From the human T2T-CHM13v2.0 reference genome, Homo sapiens: DNA of 64,000 nucleotides. The stretch is taken from assembly GCF_009914755.1 (NCBI RefSeq), contig NC_060928.1. One strand, given 5' to 3'. Both the position numbers and the translations under genes were made by a program. Position 1 is the stretch's first letter, and each line of letters begins with the position of its first letter. Under the pieces are notes generated by a model, which worked only from the letters and a program-made list of their open reading frames with translations, was not told where the DNA came from and made no database searches. Shown one piece after another: positions 20,402-35,596 of this stretch.

Positions 20402-23400
20402 GCAATATTCTTTACTATTCCAAGAGTGAGATGAAATAAGTGTAAATACTAAAAGTTGTTGCTTACAGAGGGTGGAATTGAGTGCTTTATTCTGTTTTTT
20501 TTAAAAATACTTTTCCATTTTTTATGAATTTTATACATTGAACATATAGTACTTTATAATCAGAAAAAAACAACATTTAAAGCATGATACATTTAAAACT
20601 CATTTTATTTTATCATGCAGTGTAGATTTTAGCTCTTTCATTGTGTTAGGCAGTGCCAACTTTGGTTGAGTAAGATAATAGGCACCAGGTACATTTAAAA
20701 GCTCTCTAAAATTATACAGAAGAGAGAATCACAAATGGTCTTTTAAGTCACCACAAGGGAATTTATACAAAAGTGTAAGGTTTTGCATATAATTAATATA
20801 AGGTTTTACAGAGAAGATGTTTTATGGAATAAGAGTAAGCAACAAAGAAAATATCTTAAAAATTCAACTTTAGTTTTCTTCATGAGGTCTACCTTCCAAA
20901 AATAGAGTGACTCCTAGAAAGAAGTTCTTTTTTGTGGGTTTTTAAAGTCAACTTAAATACATCTCTCACCTTCATCTCCAGCACTCACATTTGTACTCAA
21001 TATTTAACTGATTATACCCAGGCATAATTTCTAGATGCATACTGTGTATAATGTTGCTGTTCTCACTCTCAATGCATGATTCACAGGGAGATAAGAGTAC
21101 TATTTTCTGCATTTGGGGACCTATGTGGTTTATTCAACTATGCATAATGCATAATCTGCCACTTTGTAAAGAGATAAGGTGTATGCTGTACTGGTTGCTC
21201 TTTTGAAATACAGTAATCACTAAAATTTTTATTTTCTATAAAATTGGCATTAAATATAGGAGTGATATTATGTGTATGCATATATAATACAAATGCCATT
21301 ACAAAGATCCAATCACATTTATATAATTTTTTTCAAATTAGCTGACTAGGAGTTGTAATAAGACATTGTTTTTAATTTTCAGTATATTTAACTGTCAGAG
21401 ATATTTAAAAAGTAGAAATTCAATTATAAGTAATTAGGCTGGTTTTGTTTTTAGTTACTAGTTTATTGTAATAGTTAACATTTTCAGGAGAAAATGGATA
21501 TAAAATGAAATCTTTTTTCCTCCATTAAGGAATCTGACACTTGAAAAGATTAACTGTGTAAATAATTCATATGGGGATATAAGGGATTAACTAAAATATA
21601 TAATTTTAAAGAAAAAGGAAAAATATAGAAAGAGCAACAGAACCTCCAATTTTGGTGAGCAGCATATAGGTTGTATGAAAGGAAAAATACAAACCAGGGG
21701 TGGAGGTGACTGGAATTCAGATGTGTCTTTTGTATTCCTTGGGTGGCTAACCATAGGCAAACTACCAAACCTTTTTGAGTCTCACTTAAAACATGAAAAA
21801 TCTAGTAATTAGACTGATCTTGTAAATTACAAAATCAGTTTACCCCCTATAAAATTTTCTCTTACACTTTGGATGATTATATGTCAGGTATTGTTGTTAC
21901 TTGTCCAGCTGAGGCATGGTACCCCCGTGGAGTAGGCTTGGAGTTCAGTTCGGAGCTTTAATTAGCAGATTTGCTAAATGGCAAAGACCAACTCATACAG
22001 TTATTCTCTCTTAGATAATCACCCAATTTGGGAAGAGTGATGATAAGAATCTCTTCTCATGAAGAGCACTCAAGAGCTGAGTAGGACCAGTAGTAACTAC
22101 TACTGGATGATCTGTCATTGGCTTCTTTAGAGTGCAATCTTGCTTCTTGGCTAGACAGAAAATAAATGAAATCAGTAATTTCTGACCTGACTTGGATGTC
22201 AGCAGTATGAATTCACCAGAATCCTACTAACTTCTCCTTGCATTTACCTGTGTAGATTGCCTTGATTTGGGAAAGATTATAATTTGATTCCCCCAAATTG
22301 AAATATAACATATATTATGAATAGAGTAGGCTTTCTTTCAGCTTAAACCTTCTCTTCATTCATTGCAAGCTATTGCATTCAGACAAAATAATTTAATATA
22401 TGTATTTTAATAACTATAAAATAAAAAACCAAGAAGCTATAATTGAAAACCAGAAAGGAGACTTTGCCAGAAACCTAGAAGCCCAACCCTCTTGTGTAAT
22501 TCTCCCCAATCACAACTCCATCTCTTCCTGTTAGACTACCTTAATAAAAAACACATTCCTACCTTTCTTAGCATTTTGCATCCTATGTTTAGATTCCTAA
22601 AAATAAGTTTCCTTATTTTTGAACTTGCATGAACAGATTCATTAATGAAAATTGTGCCTTTTTATTTTCTGCTTTTTATCTTAACACGGTTTTATGAATT
22701 TCTTTCAAGATGTTGCACGATGCTGTAGTTTGCTTGATTTTTTTTTTACTATGGAGTCCTCAAGTGATAGAGTAATTTTCATCCATCTTATTGTAGATGC
22801 ACACGTTATTTAATTTTTAGCTATTAAAAGTAGTCCTGCTATAAACATTGTTATTGATGTTGTTCATTGTGGAGATTATTCATGTATTCTTGTACTCTTT
22901 TGTATCTGTGTCGTAGGAGTGGAATTGCTGGATAAGACAATGCAAGTGGATCTTGAGAGATCTCACCAATGAAGTCATTTGGAACTAGAGTTTTCGAAAA
23001 GACTTTGAATACTAATTTAATTACTTTAATAACTATAGATAGGACTATCCACGTTTGTGAGTTATCTTAATATTTTTCTCAGAATTTGACTTTTTATTTA
23101 AATTTTAAAATGCAGGAGCATAAATTTACTCTTAAAATTCTCTTTTGCAGCATTTTGATAATGCTCTTATTTTCATTTGTGACGCTAGGTCTTGAATCTT
23201 CTTTCTTGATTTTTTTTCTCTTTCTGTATATTGCTCCAGTGGTTTGCCAATTTTTTAAAAAAACTCTCCAAAGGTAAGTTTCTGGCTTGATCTTGATCCT
23301 TCCTATTTTTATTTGTTTTCTATTTTATTATTATTTTTCTTATAGTTTTTTTTGGCTTGTTTTGTTGCTATTATGCTGTTTCTTTTTAATATATTCAAAG

Positions 23401-23433
23401 GGATCCCCAGTCTATTAACAATCTACAATATTT

Positions 23434-23659
23434 TTTTTAAAAGTTTACTGTAAGTTCTGGGATACATGTGCATAACATGCAGGTTTGTTATAGGTATACA
23501 TGTGCCATGGTGGTTTGCTGCACCTATCAACCCATCATCTAGGTTTTAAGCCCCACATGCATTAGGTATTTGTCTTAATATTCTCCCTCCCCTTGCCCCC
23601 TGGCCCCCAACAGGCCCTGGTGTGTGATGTTCCCCTCCCTGTGTCCGTGTGTTCTCATT
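23434..23659 (-). mobile_element. Short L1PA 3'UTR insertion (L1PA8-11-like)
   Basis: Contains taagttctgggatacatgtg and aggttttaagccccacatgcattagg. TSD tacaatattt (23424-23433) / tacaacattt (23660-23669). Confidence 0.88.
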
Positions 23660-23697
23660 TACAACATTTATTTTTTATTGATATATACATCTGATTA

Positions 23698-24293
23698 TGT
23701 GATGGCTTTATAATATGTCAACTTGGCTAAATTTCCCAGAATTCCCTGTATGTTTCCAGTTAAAGTGGGTTATAAGAGGATTGTGTACAATAACAGAGTA
23801 CATGAATGAAGCAACAGCTCATTTTGTAGCTCATCTCCTGATTTTTTTGGCTATTGACCTGCTGACTTGCCCCTCTGATGTAAGGCAGAGTCTGCACCTG
23901 CAATTGCTCCACCTTCTTCTGGTTACTTCTTCAGTGTCTGTGACTCTGGAGTCAGGTGTATGTATTTAGTTCCATTGAAAAGAGGCTTGGTTTCTACAGG
24001 ACACTCATACAACCAATGTCAGAGACAGCAATAACTAATCTGGGTTTCAATATTGTCTCTTGAGTTTTGGCTTTGTTTGTGAATTCTAGCTTGTTTTCAT
24101 TCTTCTCGACCCTTCATCCACCTTTACATCTCAACTGTCTGCTCTGTGGATAACAAGCTCTAACATCAGGTGTCTTACAGACATCTTAAAAAGCTTCCAA
24201 CATTCTGTAAGGTCAATGTTTTGTAATAAATCTCTTAATATTAACATATGACATTCAATGGTTCATCTCTCTGGTTGAATCCTGACTGGTACA
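23698..24293 (+). mobile_element. ERVL-type LTR (MLT2/LTR41/LTR52-like)
   Basis: Starts tgtgatggctttataatatgtcaacttggcta, has aataaatctc, and ends cctgactggtaca. Confidence 0.65.
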
Positions 24294-24726
24294 GAAGTTA
24301 TGCATTTTTCTCTAAGTTTTTCTGCCACCATCACTTTTATATTTTATTTTGTATGTGTTAAAACATGATTGTAACTCTTTCTTTAATTCATATGTTTTTA
24401 CACAGACATTTTTGAATTTCGAAACTTATAAAATATTTATCATTTTCTAACTGATTCTCTATTTAGTTACATATTAGGAAATATGCTTATTCCAACTTTT
24501 AAGAATTATGCATTTCTTTGCAGTTACATATGATGAATCTTTGTAAGTGATTTGTGTGTTTGAAAAGAATATATAATCTACATTCATTTGGTAATTGTTT
24601 TCTAAATATGATCAATTATGCCAAGAATTTATCATGTTAAAATTTTCCACATTCTTCTTCATTTTCTATCTTCTTCTTGTTTTATCAGTTATCAGGTGTT
24701 GAGGTAGTTATTTAAAACTTTTTTTC

Positions 24727-25788
24727 GAGGGTGGAGCCAAGATGGCCGAATAGGAACAGCTCCGGTCTACAGCTTCCAGTGTAAGCCACGTAGAAGATGG
24801 GTGATTTCTGCATTTCCATCTGAGGTACTGGGTTCATCTCACTAGGGAGTGCCGGACAGTGGGTGCAAGACAGTGGGTGCAGCGCATCAAGCGCCAGCCG
24901 AAGCAGGGCAAGGCATTGCCTCACTCAGGAAGTGCAAGGGGTCAGGGAGTTCCCTTTCCTAGTCAAAGAAAGGGATGACAGAGGGCACCTGGAAAATCGG
25001 GTCACTCCCACCCTAATACTGCGCTTTTCCAACGGGCTTAAAAAACGACACACCAGGAGATTATATCCCGAACATGGCTCGGAGGGTCCTATGCCCACGG
25101 AGTCTTGTTGATTGCTAGCACAGCAGTCTGAGATCAAACTGCAAGGTGGCAGCAAGCCTGGGGGAGGGGCGCCTGCCATTGCCCAGGCCTGATTAGGTAA
25201 ACAAAGCAGCCTGGTAGCTCAAACTGGGTGGAGCCCACCACAGCTCAAGGAGGCCTGCCTGCCTCTGTAGGCTCAACCTCTGGGGGCAGGGCACAGACAA
25301 AAAAAAAGACAGCAGTAACCTCTGCAGACTTAAATGTCCCAGTCTAACAGCTTTGAAGAGAGTAGTGGTTCTCCCAGCACACAGCTGGAGTTCTGAGAAT
25401 GGGCAGACAGCCTCCTCAAGTGGCTCCCTGACCCCCAAGCAGCCTAACTGGGAGGCACCCCCCAGTATGGGCAGACTGACACCTCACATGGCTGGGTACT
25501 CCTCTGAGACAAAACTTCCAGAGGAATGATCAGGCAGCAGCATTTGCAGATCACCAATATCCACTGTTCTACAGCCACGGCTGTTCTGCAGCCACCGCTG
25601 CTCTGCAGCCACCACTGCTGATACCCAGGCAAACAGGATCTGGAGTGCACCTCTAGCAAACTCCAACAGACCTGCAGCTGAGGGTCCTGTCTGTTAGAAG
25701 GAAAACTAACAAACAGAAAGGACATCCACACCAAAAATCCATCTGTACGCCACCATCATCAAAGACAAAAGTAGATAAAACCACAAAG
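24727..25788 (+). promoter_or_regulatory. L1 5'UTR internal sense/antisense promoter with YY1 site
   Basis: YY1 motif caagatggcc near 24738. The ~129-bp block lost in L1PA2/L1HS is retained (tactcctctgagacaaaacttcc...ctctagcaaactccaacag). Confidence 0.8.
24925..25179 (-). CDS. ORF0: L1 antisense ORF0 (open, 84 aa)
   Basis: MAGAPPPGLLPPCSLISDCCASNQQDSVG...RVGVTRFSRC matches the primate L1 ORF0 peptide and begins at ATG. Translation is not shown by the sequence. Confidence 0.7.
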   Translation of the reverse strand: MAGAPPPGLLPPCSLISDCCASNQQDSVGIGPSEPCSGYNLLVCRFLSPLEKRSIRVGVTRFSRCPLSSLSLTRKGNSLTPCTS

Positions 25789-26809
25789 ATGGGGAAAAAA
25801 CAGAGCAGAAAAACTGGAAACTCTAAAAAGTAGAGCACCGCTCTTCCTCCAAAGGAACGCATCTACTCACCAGCAACGGAACAAAGCTGGATGGAGAATG
25901 ACTTTAACGAGTTGAGAGAAGAAGGCTTCAGATGATCAAACTACTCCGAGCTACAGGAGGAAATTCAAACCAATGGCAAAGAAGTTAAAAACTTTGAAAA
26001 AAAATTAGACGAATGGATACCTAGAATAACCAATGCAGAGAAGTCCTTAAAGGAGCTGATGGAGCTGAAAGCCAAGGCTTGAGAACTATATGAAGAATGT
26101 AGAAGCCTCAGGAGCCAATGTGATCAACTGGAAGAAAGGGTATCAGTGATGGAAGATGAAATGAATGAAATGAAGCGAGAAGGGAAGTTTAGAGAAAAAA
26201 GAATAAAAGGAAATGAACAAAGCCTCCAAGAAATATGGGACTATGTGAAAAGACCAAGTCTGTGTCTGATTGGTGTACCTGAAAGTGACAGGGAGAATGG
26301 AACCAAGTTGGAAAACACTCTGCAGGATATTATCCAGGAGAACTTCCCCAATCTAGCAAGGCAGGCCAACATTCAGATTCAGGAAATACAGAGAATGCCA
26401 CAAAGAAAGATACTCCTCGAGAAGGGCAACTCCAAGACACATAATTGTCAGATTGACCAAAGTTGAAATGAAGGAAAAAATGTTAAGGGCAGCCAGAGAG
26501 AAAGGTCGGGTTACCCACAAAGGGAAGCCCATCAGACTAACAGTGGATCTCTCGGCAGAAACTCTACAAGCCAGAAGAGAGTGGGGGCCAATATTCAACA
26601 TTCTTAAAGAAAAGAATTTTCAACCCAGAATTTCATATCCAGCTAAACTAAGCTTCATAAGTGAAGGAGAAATAAAATACTTCACAGACAGGCAAATGCT
26701 GAGAGATTTTGTCACTACCAGGCCTGCCCTAAAAGAGCTCCTGAAGGAAGCACTAAACATGGAAAGGAACAACCGGTACCAGCCACTGCAAAAACATGCC
26801 AAAATGTAA
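25789..26809 (+). pseudogene. ORF1: L1 ORF1p, disrupted
   Basis: ATG at 25789 (MGKKQSRK) with a premature TAG at 25831, further stops, and a frameshift near 26405. C-terminal fragment KVEMKEKMLRAAREKG...HAKM is present. Confidence 0.93.
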
Positions 26810-26857
26810 AGACCATCAAGGCCAGGAAGAAACTGCATTAACTAATGAGCAAAATAA

Positions 26858-30703
<3,846 letters not shown>

Positions 30704-30944
30704 ACAATGAGAACACATGGACACAGGAAGGGGAACATCACACTTCAGGGACTGTTGTGGGGTGGGGGGAGGCAGGAGGGATAGCATTAGGTGATATACC
30801 TAATGCTAAATGATGAGTTAATGGGTGCAGCATACCAACATAGCACATGTATACATATGTAACAAACCTGCACATTGTACACATGTACCCTAAAACTTAA
30901 AGTATAATAATAAAAAAATTTAAAAAACTTTTTTTCTATTTAGT

Positions 30945-33900
30945 TCTTTTTTAAACAACTTTATTAAGGTATAAATGATATATAAAAAACTGCCTATATC
31001 TAATGTGCACAATTTGATGAGTTGGGACAAATAAAAATACCCATGATACTATCATATAATCAGGTAATAGATATATCCAAACCTCTTAAAGTTTCCAGGT
31101 GTCCTCTTGGGTTTTTTTCTCTTTTTTGTGTGTGTTAGGAACACTTAATATGAGATTTACCTCAAAATCTCACTCCAGTTTTGGAGTGCTATACCATATG
31201 GTTAATTATAGCCACTGTTTTATACAGAAGATCTTTAGAACTTATTCATCTAGCAAAACAGATACTTTATACCCATTGAACAACTCCCCATTTTCCCTAC
31301 CCCACAATCCTCAGCAACCACTGTTTGTAGTCTTTGCTTCTATTAATTTGACTATTTTAGATACTGCATTTAAGTAAAATCATGTAGTATTTGTCTTTCT
31401 GTAACTGGCTTATTTCATTTAGCATAATATCTCTAGGTTCACCCACGTTGTCACAAATGGCAGAATTTCCTTCTTTTTAAAGGATGAATAGTATTTCATT
31501 ATATTTATATGTAATTTTTTTTTCTTTATTCATCTGTCAGTGGACACTTGGATTGTTGTCATGTCTTGGCAATTGTGATCGATGCTGCAATGGACATGGG
31601 AGTGCAAATACCTCTTCAAAATCCTGATTTCAATTCCCTTGGGTATATACCCCAAAATAGGATTGCTGAATTATATATAATAGCTCTACTTCTAATTTTC
31701 TGAGGAACTTTCATTCTGTTTACTATAACTGCTTTGCCTTCTACCAAACTGCTTTTACACTTCTACAAAGAATGTACAAGAGTTCCAATTTCCCCATATC
31801 CTCTGCATTTGTAATCTTTTATTTATATTTTTTTGCAACAGACATACTATATCCCCTTGTAGCTTTGATTTTTCTCTCTCTGACACTTAATAATTGAGCA
31901 TATTTTCATATACATCTTGTCAATTTTTGTGTCTTTGTTGGGGAAATATCTGTTCAAATCCTCTGGCCATTTTTCAATTGGGTTATTATTTGTCTATTTG
32001 AAACTGCAGTGGTCTCATATATCTTTAGGAATTAACCCCTTATCAGTTATATGGTTTCCAAATATTTTCTCCCATTCTGCAAACTGACTTTTTGTTCTGT
32101 AGAATGTTTCCTTTGCTGTGCAGACGCTTTTTTGTCTTATGTATTCTCATATGTCTATTTTTCCTTTTGTGGCCTGCTTTTAGTGTCATATCCAAAAAGT
32201 TTATTGCAAAGACCAATGTAAAAAAGTTTTCCTCTGTGCTTTCCTCTAGGGGTTTCAGGATTTACATTTCAGCTTTTATTGTTTCTAAAGAAAAGATCTT
32301 GAAAGTATCTTAAAATGGCTTGTAAAGCTCTAGTTATGAACTAACTTTTTAGAAGCCTATGTGACAATAGATCAGAAACATACTGATTATGTTTATCCTA
32401 AAATGCTTAAGCGTTTAAGGATTAATAGGCAAAGATATAGGAAACACAGGTTAGACATTTCCAAAGGCAATAGTTTTGAGTTTAGGTCTTTAACCCATTT
32501 TGAGTTTATTTTTGTGTATGGTGTATGGTAGGAGTTCAATTTTACTTTTTGATTTTCTTTTCATGTGGATATCCAGTTTTCCTAACACCATTTGCTGAAG
32601 AAACCATCCTTTTCCCATCGCAAATTCTTGGCACCTTTTCAAAGATCAGATATATATATATATATACACACAGACACACATACACACATATATATGTATG
32701 TGAGTTTATTTTGGAGTTCTCTATTCTGTTCTATTGGTTTATATATCTGTTTTTATGCTAGCATTGTATGGTTTGAATTAATGTAGCTTTTTAATATATT
32801 TTAAAATAGGAAAGTAGTTTGCCTCTAGATTTGTCGTTCTTGCTCAACATTGCTTTGGCTACTCAAGATCTTTTGCAATTCCATATTAATTTTAGAATTG
32901 TCTTGTGTATTTCTGTTAAAAGTGCCATTGGGATTTTGATGGAGAGTATATTGAATCTGTAGATCATTTTTGGTATTTTGGACATTTTAACAAGAATAAA
33001 TCTTTCAGTCCATGAACACAGGATTTTTTTTCAATTATTTGTGTTTGTTTAATTTCTTCAAATTAATAAAATCAAGAATGGAAAGGAGACCTTATGAGTG
33101 ATACCACAGAAATAAAAAAATTATGAGAGACTACTATGAACAATTAAAAGCCAAAAAATTGAATAACCTAGAAGAAATGAATATAGTCCTAGATGTATAC
33201 ATCCTCCAAAGACTGAATTATGGATAAAAAAAATCTAATAGAAGCAATCAGTAAGGAGACTGAATCAGTAATTTTAAAACTCCCAACAAAGAAAAGCCCA
33301 GGACCAGACTGATGGCTTCACTATTGCATTCCTCCAAGCATTTAAAGAATTAACACCAATTCTTCTCAATCTGTTTAAAACAATTGAAGAGGAGAGAATA
33401 CTTCCAAACTCATTCTATGAGTCCAGCATTATCTTGACACCAAAGCTATTCAAGGACACTACAAGCAAAGAAAACTACATTTCAATATCCCTGATAAACA
33501 TATGTGCAAAGATCCTCAACAAAATACTAGCAAACCAAATTCAACAGCACATTCAAAGAACCACACACCAAGATCAAGGGGAATTGATCCCTGGGATACA
33601 ATAGATGCAGGATTTTTTGCTCCTTAGTTCAGCTAAATCTGGCTTCTTGTCTCATGACCAGGAAAAATTAGGCATGTGGACACATTGAAAGGTGAGGACA
33701 GAATTTATTAAGCAAAAGGAGACCTCTTAACAAAAAGAGGGGTCCTGCATGCAGGTTACCACTTCACAAATTGAATACCAGGCCACCACACATGAGATGA
33801 TGAGGCCTGGCTCCTCCCCTGCGTAAGGTATGAATTCCTGGTGGCTCCACCCCATTCTTCCAGTGTGCCTGCAGGCCCCTAGTCTGAGCCATTTCACATT

Positions 33901-34635
33901 GATTTATTTCCCTTACTACGCATGTGTTAAGGGAAGGGGTTTCTTACCATGGGCATATTAAGGCAAGCTTCCTGTGCACAATGACCTGGATGGGGCAGAG
34001 GTTCTGTGGGACCCTTCCCTATTTGTCTAGGGATTTGGCTGTCTCCTGTCTCTATCACAAGGATTGTTCAACATACGCAAATCAATAAATATGATACATC
34101 ACATTAACATAATGAAGAATGAAAATCTCATGATCATCTCGATAAATGCAGAAAAATAATTTAACAATATTTAATACCCTTTCATGATGAAAACACTCAA
34201 CAAACTAGCTATAGAAGGAATGTACTTTAACACACTGAAGGACATACATGACAAGTTGACAGCTAACATCATAATCAAAGTTAAAAAAATTAAAGCTTTT
34301 TCTATAAGATCAGGAATAAGACAGGGATGCCCACTCTCATCATTTCTATTTAATGTAATACTGAAAGTCCTAGCCAGAGTAATTGGGCAACAAAAAAAAG
34401 AAAGGAATCCAAGTCCAAATGAAAAGAAGTAGAATTATCTCTGTTTGCAGATGACATAATCTTATATGTGAAAAACCCAATGACTTCACCAAAAAAGACA
34501 TTAGAACAAACAATCAAATTTGGTAAAGATGTGAGAAACAAAATCAATATATGAAATCCAGTTGGATTTCCACATATTATAAGGGAACCATTTGGAAAGG
34601 AAATTAATAAAACAATCCTATTTATAAAAGCGGTA
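30945..34635 (-). mobile_element. Old L1MA-type element with large 5' inversion
   Basis: Antisense 3'UTR/ORF2 from 30945 to ~33058, then sense ORF2 from ~33059 to 34635 (gaaaagcccaggaccaga; gtttgcagatgacat). Confidence 0.85.
33602..34057 (-). mobile_element. ERV1 (MER4-group; LTR15/MER61-like) solo LTR nested in L1
   Basis: Ends gtctcctgtctctatca (= TGATAGAGACAGGAGAC on minus). It splits the L1 sequence gggatacaa|caaggattgttcaac. Confidence 0.75.
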
Positions 34636-35269
34636 GCAAGATGCTCATATCCATTTTTAAGTCTGCATTACCTCTGGCCTGCTCTCTAGTGTATTCTGAC
34701 AAATAGTCTTCTTACTGCTTGAGTTCATGTAAACAACACAGCTTTTGAGAAGTCTTTCTTCATTGCCTCTACATGGAACGAAATATTCCTCTCCAGATCT
34801 CTTTAAGTTTGATTGTAAGTCTATTATGTTGTGTTTAAAACCTCCTCTTATCTCTTTGGGCTGACAGGAAATTTAATCTCCATCACTAGTATACACTGTC
34901 CCTTGGTTTGTGTCTTCCCATCAAAACCAGAGGAAGATCCCTGGAGTCACTTCTTCTGAGACATCTGTTGTTTGAGTATTTATCAATATTTCAGGTCTTA
35001 CAGTTAGTTCTCATGAGTTTCTGCTCTTCTTGGGTCACCAGTGAGTTTGGCAAGGCTGAGAGGAGGGATTGCAATAAGGAGGCAAACTAGTAATACTCAT
35101 AATGTTTAACTGCTTGATCACTAATAATGGCAATAATGATAGTATTATATTAAAGTATGAAGACTATATAGTATAGGAAAAATCAATAAAACTAAATATG
35201 TTAAAATTAAAACATATTAGAAATATCAGACAAAATGTCAATCTAGCAAAAATATAAGTGTTAAATATA

Positions 35270-35596
35270 TGCCTTAGTTCTGGCTGCTAAAACAAAGTAT
35301 CATGGACTGGGTATCTTATAAACAACAGAATTTTATTGCTCAGAGTTCTGGAGGCTGGAAGTCTGAGATCATGTTGCCAGTGTTGTCAGGTTCTGGTGAA
35401 GACATTCCCTAAGATCGCATTGTGTCCTCAACGTGGCTGAAAGCTGGGCACTCTCTGCAATCTCTTTCTTAGGGGCAATAATCCCATTCAAGAAAGCTCC
35501 ACCTTCACAAATTTAATTACCTCCTAGTACCATCATACTGAGGGTTAGGACCTCAATACATGAATTTTGAGGGACACAATCATTTAGTCTGTGACA
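35270..35596 (-). mobile_element. MLT1A-type MaLR LTR
   Basis: Contains ggctgctaaaacaaagtatcatggactggg, gttctggaggctggaagtctgagatc and catgaattttgagggacac. Confidence 0.85.

Noticed and set aside
32650-32700. (TA)n/(CA)n run
   Set aside because: An ordinary short microsatellite within L1.
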